Source: Octopus vulgaris (taxonomy: Eukaryota). Taken from it: 64,000 bases of DNA. Below, in pieces: positions 56,587-64,000 of this stretch; the first letter of the stretch is position 1, and each line of letters begins with the position of its first letter. The stretch is from positions 68,200,001 through 68,264,000 of the forward strand of contig OX597822.1 in the NCBI GenBank assembly GCA_951406725.2. Direction: 5' to 3'. The translations under genes were made by a program, and so were the position numbers. The notes under the pieces are model-generated. The model had not been told where the DNA came from. It ran no database searches and saw only the letters and a program-made list of their open reading frames with translations.

Positions 56587-56918
56587 ATGGCTCAGTGGTT
56601 AGAGCGTCGAGCTTACGATCGTGAGGTTGTGAGTTCGAATCCCGGACCGGGCTGCGTGTTCTGTTCTTGAGCAAGACACTTTATTTCACGTTGCTCCAGT
56701 TGTTCACTCAGGTGTAGAAATGAGTTGCAAGGTCACAGGTGCCAAGCTGTATCGGCCCCTTTGCCTTTCCCTTGGATAACACTGGTGGCGTGGAGAGGCG
56801 AGGCCGGTATGCATGGGCGACTGCTGGTCTTCCATAAACAACCTTGCCCGGACTTGTTCCTGGGAGGGTAACTTCCTAGGTGCAAATCCCACGGTCAGTC
56901 ATGACCGAAGGGGGTCTT
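56587..56918 (+). mobile_element. SINE family D, full length, in (CTA)n
   Basis: A box TGGCTCAGTGG, Arg-like CTTACGA loop, B box GAGTTCGAATCC, CORE-like TTCTTGAGCAAGACACTT, distinct tail. Confidence 0.88.
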
Positions 56919-56919
56919 A

Positions 56920-56990
<71 letters not shown>

Positions 56991-57248
56991 CACTACTACT
57001 ACTACTACTACTACAACTACTGCTGCTGCTGCTACTACTACTGCTACTAAAACTCCTACTATACAGCAATAAGTGGTGGGTGTTGAGATAGGCGAGTTAC
57101 ACATTTTTAGGAGTTTGTAAAACAATAACAACAAAAGCAAACTGCAATAATGACAAAAACAACTAGAAAAATGAAAGTGACAGCAACAACAACAAGATCG
57201 TCGACGATGACAATAACAATAGTAACAAAACAACAACAACAATAATGT

Positions 57249-57796
57249 GGAGGCGCAATGGCCTTGTGGTTAGGGCAGTGGACTCGCGGTCGTAAGAACG
57301 CGATTTCCATTTCCAGACTGGGCATTGTGTTTATTGCTCAAAAACACCTAAGCTCCACGAGGCTCCCGCGGGGTGGGGTGAACCCCGCTGTACTCTTTCA
57401 CCATAACTTTCTCTCACTCTTTCTTCCTACTTCTGCCACAAAGCAGAGGAACCATGGTGTAACCCACTATGGTGTGGTAAAACTATCAGACCCTAGTCTA
57501 GATTGCGAATCCTCTGTACCTCAGGATGGTTCAGCTCTCCACCCGTTAAAAGCCACCGTTTACGGAATGAGGATAACAACGTAGCTTTCGCGCCCGTGCA
57601 ACTGCCAGTCTATCGCGTTTGGTGGGTGGATCTTCAAGTTACCACACGCATTCTTAGTAGCTTAGAGAAGAAGAAAAAGAAGAAGAAGAAGAAGAAGAAG
57701 AAGGAGAAGAAGAAGAAGAAGAAGAAGAAGGAGAAGAAGAAGAAGGAGAAGAAGAAGAAGAAGAAGAAGAAGAAGAAGAAGAAGAAGAAGAAGAAG
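57249..57796 (+). mobile_element. SINE family C head followed by an unrelated 230-bp tail and (GAA)n
   Basis: Matches 60228 up to about 57430, then diverges; ends in about 130 bp of (GAA)n. Confidence 0.7.
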
Positions 57797-57818
57797 ACAG
57801 CAACAGTAACGACAACGT

Positions 57819-59330
57819 GGCACTCCGTCGGTTACGACGACGAGGGTTCCACTTGAGCCGATCAACAGAACAACCTTCTAGTGAAATTAACGTTGAAGTG
57901 GCTGAGCACTCCACAGACACGTGTATCCTTAACGTAGTTCTCAGGGAGATTCAGCGTGACACAGTGTGTGACAAGGCTGGCCCTTTGAAAATACAGGTAC
58001 AACAGAAACAGGGAGAAAGATAACTTTGACATCGTCAGCATTTGAACTCAGAATGTAGAAAGCTAAAAATGAAATACCGCTTGGCATACGATTTGTGGCT
58101 TTAATCCACCGTCTTTGCTCCTGTAACGATAAAATAATTAAATAAATATCGGTTTTAAATTGTAACATAAGGCCAATAGTTACGGGGAAGGGGTAAGTCA
58201 ATTACATCGACCCCAATGTTTAACTGGTACTTTTTTTGTTGCGTTTTTTTTTTTTCACTCCGAAAAATATGAAAGGAAAAGTCGACCTATGCGCAATTTG
58301 AATTCAGAATGTAAAGACAGACGAAATGCTGCTAAGCATATTGTCCGGCATGCTTAACGATTCTATCAGTTCACCGTTTTAAATAAGTAAATATATTAAT
58401 TAATTAATATCGTTTAAAATTTTTACCCAGCATGTTAACGAGTCTGCCAGCTCACCGCCTTAAATAAATAAATAATCAAATACCTTTATTCTTTTACTTG
58501 TTTTAGTCGACTCTAGCCTCGGGCCGACCAAAGCCTTGAGTGGATTTGGTAGACGAAAACTGATAGAATCCCATCGTTATATATATGTATATATTTGTGT
58601 ATGTGTCTGTGTTTGTTCCCCATCATCGCTTGACAACCGATGTTGGTGTTTTTACGTCCCCGTAACTTAGCGGTTCGGCATAAGAAACCGATAAAATAAG
58701 TACTGGGACTACAAAGAATAAGTCCTGAGCTCGATTTGCTCGACTAAAGGCGGTGCTCCAGCATGGCCGCAGTTAAATGACAAAGTACCAGTTGAGTACT
58801 GGGTTCGATGTAATTCCTGGCCTTGTACCGAAATTTGAAACCGATGGTTATTTGTGGCTGTGTGGTGAGAAGCTTGTTTCCCAACCACATGGTCCTGGGT
58901 TCAGTCCCACTGCGTTCCACAAATAAATATCGGTTTCAAATTTCGATACAAGACCAGGAATTACGTCGAACTCAGTAATCAAGTGGTACTTTTTTTATCG
59001 ACCTTGAAAGGGATGGAAAGCAAAGCCGACTTCGGCAGGGTTTGAACTCAGAACGTAAAGATAAGTGATATGCCGCTAAACATTTTACCCAGCATGCTAA
59101 CGATTCTTTTCTACTCTAGGCACAAGGCCCGAATTTTGTGGGGAGGGGGTCAGTCGATTAGATCGACCCCAGTACGGAACTGGTACTCAACTTATCGACC
59201 TCGAAAGGATAAAAGACAAAACCGACCTCGGCAGGGTTTGAACCTAGAACGTAAAGACGGGCGAAATACCGCTAAATATTTTACCCAGCATGCAAACGTT
59301 CTGGCAGCTCACCATCTCAGCTAAATAAAT
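57819..59330. mobile_element. Pile-up of SINE fragments (module E, several family B, family A)
   Basis: Module E 57819-58018; family A 58490-58780; family B cores at about 58200, 58990 and 59190. Confidence 0.8.
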
Positions 59331-60192
59331 AAATGAATCAATAAATAAATGAATAAGATTCTGAGGTCGATAAAATCGATAACAATACCACCACATCCCC
59401 ATTTCACAATGCCGCCACCATTCACACGCATTTCGGTGATTGGCTTGCCAGGAGCTCACCTTCTGCTCCGTGTTGCGCTCTCCCCTTATCTAATATAAAT
59501 TATATTCAGCATGCAGTAATCTCTCCCAGGCAATATCAGAAAACCATGATAATTAACAAATACTTTCTTTTCAACATCAAAGTAAACAAATAGCAAGAAA
59601 TCGATTAAATCAATTATGATGTTTTCCCTGGAGGGCAAGCTAAATATATAATTTGTCTTATCTATTTAAAATATTTAATAAAATATCGATAAAAATATTG
59701 TTTGTATCTAATGTATACATACATGTGTGTGTATGTGTGTGTCTGTATAAAAGTTCATAAGTCAGAGCAAGTTTCAGAGAACATGCACAGAGGCAAAGAA
59801 AAATTGATGTTTTAGTATAAATTTTGTTGTTGCTTTTGCTTTCGGTTGGTAAAAAATGCATTATATTAAATATGGTAATAATTAAAACGGAATTACCTGT
59901 TGTTAATAAAGCTTCTTAATTGCTCTATCAAAGAACGTTTATAAGGAAGAGAATCGCGATAATCAGATTGAGCAGATACGAGTTTTGAAAACATAAAAGT
60001 ACATACAGATATTATAAAGAATAAGTGATTGCAACGCGAATATGTGCTCTTAATGTAATATTTATACACGCACGCACACGCACACACACACACACACACA
60101 CTCACACACACACACACACACACAAACAAACAAACACACACGCACACACATACACACACACACACATATACGTGTATACATATATATATATA

Positions 60193-60227
<35 letters not shown>

Positions 60228-60229
<2 letters not shown>

Positions 60230-60538
60230 AGGCGCAATGGCCCAGTGGTTAGAGCAACGGACTCGCGGTTGTAGAATCGCGGTTTCAATTCCCAGACCGA
60301 GTGTCGTGAGTGTTTATTGAGCGAAAACTCCTAAAGCTCCCCGAAGCTCCGCCAGGGGTGGTGGCCATCCCTGCTGTACTCTTTCGCCACAACTCTCTCT
60401 CATTCTTTCTTCTGTTGGCCTGCTCGCTTAGCCAGCGGGGTGGCGTCATTTGAAGGCTAAAACAATGCGAAACGCATTGTGACCAGCGATGTGTAGCAAC
60501 ATCTGATAGCCTGGTCGGTCACGGTGATCACGGTGATA
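60228..60538 (+). mobile_element. SINE family C, full length
   Basis: GGAGGCGCAATGGCCCAGTGG head, B box GTTTCAATTCC, tail ending (CACGGTGAT)2. Confidence 0.9.
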
Positions 60539-60876
60539 TCTATATATATTCTTTTACTTGTTTCAGTCACTTGACAGCAGCCATGCTGGAGAACCGATAT
60601 ATATATGTATATATGTATGTGTGTGTGTGTGTGTGAGTATAATTTCAATTAGCAGAAGTTACCAAGTAACTCAAGAGCCAAAAGTTTCGTGTATGCCACT
60701 TGCCAGTTTGAGAAGTGCTATGCACTTAACTCTCAGCTCTTAAGTCACTTTGCGACTTCTGTCGATCAAAAAATATTATACACACATATTGAGGTAGTGC
60801 TCCAGCATAGTCGCAGTCAAATGACTGAAACAAGTAAACGAATAAAAGATTTAAAAAAACACATGTATTTCTTTTA

Positions 60877-61130
60877 CGTGATGTCACGATGGATAATATT
60901 GCCTAGTAAGCGACAGCAGGTTACATGAGTCGAATGTGTGTGTGTGTGTGTGTGTGTATGTAGGTATGTAGGTATGTATATATGTATGTATTGTATGTAC
61001 GCATGTATTTATTTATGTATGTATGCATGTATGTAGTATGTATGTAGTATGTATGTATGTAGGTATATATGTATTTATTTATGTATGTATGCATGTATGT
61101 AGGTATGTATGTAGTATGTATGTATGTAGG

Positions 61131-61164
<34 letters not shown>

Positions 61165-61370
61165 TGTAGGTATGTATGTAGTATGTATGTATGTAGGTAT
61201 ATATGTATGTATTATGTATGTATGCATGTATGTAGGTATGTATGTTATGTAGGTGTATGTATGTTAAAGTAGAAGTTGAGCCGAGTGGAGAAATGAAAAA
61301 CAAAAAAAGGACATTCGACTCATGTAACTGCTGTCGCTTACTAGGCAATACTATCCATCGTGACATCACG
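60877..61370. repeat. 60-bp inverted repeats (60877-60937, 61311-61370) around a (TATG)-type microsatellite
   Basis: CGTGATGTCACGATGGATAATATTGCCTAGTAAGCGACAGCAGGTTACATGAGTCGAATGT and its near-exact reverse complement. Confidence 0.9.
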
Positions 61371-61438
61371 GGACCTTCCTCGACCAATTGCAGCCCATCT
61401 ATCGATAGCCGTCTTGGATTTCCTGCACCTGTCCGTTC

Positions 61439-61515
61439 ATTCGGATATCCCGTCAGCTTGAGGAGATAGGCTCTGTTAGGGGCTTGCGAAACTTGAAGTA
61501 GTACGGAATCCGAAT
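61439..61515 (+). ncRNA. Type-I hammerhead motif with extended stem I; C3U in this copy
   Basis: ATTCGGAT..CCGT ca GC-TTGAGGA-GaTAGGCTCT gtta GGGGCTTGC-GAAA-CTT g AAG-TA-GT ACGG..ATCCGAAT. Perfect 8-bp distal stem I (61439-61446 with 61508-61515). Confidence 0.65.
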
Positions 61516-61799
61516 CAAACTGTTTTGAATAATATATATATAGAGAGAAAGAGTAAAATTCATTTGCCAACGTAAAGTAGCAGTGCTTATTAGGACGATG
61601 TTACTACCTTTTTTTATTAGACCTAGGAAAACATCTTTTCCAGTTAGCTACCGACGCACAACTGCGTCCTTCTACCTCGAACTAAGGAGCTAATGACTCT
61701 ACTCAGCCTTAAACCGTACCTGCGGACCATAATTTCTGGTATGTGCGGATGTGTGCATACAAATATACATACACGCACGCACACACACACACACACACA

Positions 61800-63290
61800 C
61801 AGGTCATGACGATGAGCGAGAAACTCCGCTATCGCAAGCGAATTTTTGAGCGAGCCAGTATCAATCGCAAGTTTGCTTCCAACCCACAACCATTATGCAG
61901 AGAGATGAAGAAGGAAAATATTACCATTAAGAACCCTCCCTCCCAAGAAGATCTACAATCATTCTGGTCAAAAATTTGGAACGAAAAATGGGATTTCAAC
62001 CTGAATGCATCATGGTTAAATACAACTGAGAGAGAACACTGTACCAACACTAACAGTAAACATTCAAAATAGATGCAGGAACCTTCGCTATAGGTGCAGG
62101 AGTGGCTGTGCGGTAAGTAGCTTGCTTACCAATCACATAGTTTCGGGTTCAGTCCCACTGCGTGGCACCTTGGGCAAGTGTCTTCTACTATAGACTCGGG
62201 CCGACCAAAGCCTTGTGAGTGGATTTGGTAGACGGAAACTGAAAGAAGCCCGTCGTATATATATATGTGTGTGTGTGTGTGTTTATTTGTTTGTTTGTCT
62301 GTGTTTGTCCCCCCAACATCGCTTGACAACTGATGGTGGTGTGTTTACGTCCCCGTAACTTAGCGGTTCGGCAAAAGAGCCCGACAGCATAAGTACTAAG
62401 CTTACAAAGTATAAGTCCTGGAGTCGATTTGCTCGACTAAAGGCGGTGCTCCAGCATGGCCGCAGTCAAATGACTGAAACAAGTAAAAGAGAATAAAAGA
62501 GTATAGCAGTAAGCAAACTGCAGAAAGGGAAGGCACCAAGAATGGACCTAATAGTTGGATATTGGTACAAGTAGCTGATATTTTATAGAAACCAATTGAT
62601 ATGCATGTTCAAAAGGACTTTGGAAGGTCAGACTGATACACCACATACGCTTGATACAACAAGGACAAATCTTGTTGCCAGAAACGAAATCACCGAGGTG
62701 GTTGGAAACTGCGGGGGCCATTGGTTGCCTAAACATTATGTACAAACTGTACACAAGTTGCCTCAGCCAATTCCTCTAGGACCATTGTGAATCGAACAAC
62801 ATTGTGACTTATGAACAAGCTGGTGGAAAGAAGGGAGTGTGGGGATGTGCCGAACAAATTTTAATAAACAAAGCTGTACTGTCTGAAGTAAGAAAACAAC
62901 GCTTAAGCCTTGTGACAGTATGGCTTGACTATAACAAAGCATTTGGCTCTATCTCTCATTCATGGCTGTTGAAGTGCCTACCTTAATTGCTGCTACAGAG
63001 AGACTCTCAAAGACATGGGCAACTATTCTTACCCTTACAACTGAGAAAAGAATAATTGCTTCTAATAGTATTGGCATTTCAAAGGGAATATTTCAAGAAG
63101 ATAGTCTTTCTATACTTCTTTTCATTTTGGCACTGAATCTATTATCGTTCCTACTGCAGAAAACAAATGGTTACATGTTAAGATCTTCAACTGCCAGAAA
63201 TATCAATGTAACTCATAATTTCTTTGTAGACGACCTGAAGATTTGTGCCAAAAAACAACTAGAATTGATAACATTTTCAGTTGATATAGG
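61800..63290 (+). mobile_element. R4/Dong-like non-LTR retrotransposon RT region, decayed and interrupted by a SINE
   Basis: QSFWSKIW; KAPRMDLIVGYWYK; EQAGGKKGVWGCAEQILIN; VWLDYNKAFGSISHSWL; KGIFQEDSLSILLF; FFVDDLKI. Confidence 0.88.
62094..62501 (+). mobile_element. SINE family A, full length, young
   Basis: TSD TATAG (62089-62093, 62502-62506); excision restores the RT frame TFAIAVSKL. Confidence 0.93.
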
Positions 63291-63640
63291 TATAGTTGAG
63301 AGCAGTAGTCTAGACGGCTGAGGACAAATGTCCTCCATAGATCCAGCATAGTTTTCTGGTCCCTTCTTCTGAAAGTCTCAGAATCCATCTGGTCATTCGC
63401 CTGCACATGGCTGCCATCTTGCTGATATTGTATATGAAACGAGGCATTGATGCTCAAGCAATTTCCAGACCACACATTGTACTCAGATTCCTTTTGGTCT
63501 AAAGTGTCTTTGTTGTGGTATGTTAGCACAAACGGGCTGATAGCGGAGAGCTTGGAATTTTTCTGCATTAAATTGCATGCTGTTTTCTTCAGCCAATTTA
63601 AATATGACTCTATGACCTTTTGTCGAAGGTTAGCATCGAA
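63290..63640 (-). mobile_element. CR1/L2-type LINE fragment
   Basis: TFRRRDQKTMLDLWRTFVLSRLDYCSQL; upstream frame AEENSMQFNAEKFQAL, related to 3058-3480. Confidence 0.8.
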
Positions 63641-63761
63641 AGGTTCTTTACATATACATACATACATACATACATACATACATAGGGGGTTTTGACCTAC
63701 ACTATATTGGGATCCGGGCAAAACCCCACTAAGGCTACACTTGATATGTATATACATACAT

Positions 63762-64000
63762 AAGGCGGTGAGCTGGCAGAAACGTTGGCACGCCAGGCGA
63801 AATGCTCAGCGGTATTTCGTCTGCCGCTACGTTCTGAGTTCAAATTCTGCCGAGGTCGACTTTGCCTTTCATCCTTCCGGAGTCGATTAAATAAGTACCA
63901 GTTACGCACTGCGGTCGATATAATCGACTTAATCCGTTTGTCTGTCCTTGTTTTTCCCCTCTGTGTTTAGCCCCTTGTGGGTAGTAAAGAAATAGGTATT
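63762..64000 (+). mobile_element. Family B SINE, first unit of a probable array running out of the window
   Basis: Complete head and core; tail AAAGAAATA is joined to GGTATT, the same junction seen at 29435 and 29621. Confidence 0.88.

Noticed and set aside
56587-56660. Functional tRNA-Arg gene
   Set aside because: Acceptor stem is not formed and the sequence continues into a SINE body; it is a SINE head.

Overview
A gene-free, AT-rich, repeat-saturated eukaryotic window. The SINE families and the extreme (TA)n, (TATG)n and (AAT)n load suggest an octopod cephalopod; this is an inference. No host protein-coding exon can be supported, and nearly all listed ORFs are microsatellite artefacts. 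Recognisable coding remnants are all transposon-derived: three mariner copies (one full length with TIRs, 51793-53114), a maT-like Tc1/mariner copy, CR1/L2-like, RTE-like and R4/Dong-like RT fragments. Non-coding mobile elements are hAT and Tc1-type MITEs, a Helitron, a Helentron/HINE-like element and dozens of tRNA-derived SINEs in about four families. The main signal is a dispersed set of short, non-coding, head-to-head fold-back insertions, mostly in microsatellites, carrying minimal type-I hammerhead ribozyme (HHR) motifs with palindromic stem III, as described for Penelope-like elements. One copy has a tRNA/Pol III head (26460-26752), and a sister copy folds back exactly at the HHR palindrome between 12-bp target duplications (53355-53492). 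A second notable pattern is Meta-domain SINE arrays that seem to grow by inserting into their own head at fixed positions. All structures were folded by eye; nothing was searched against databases.
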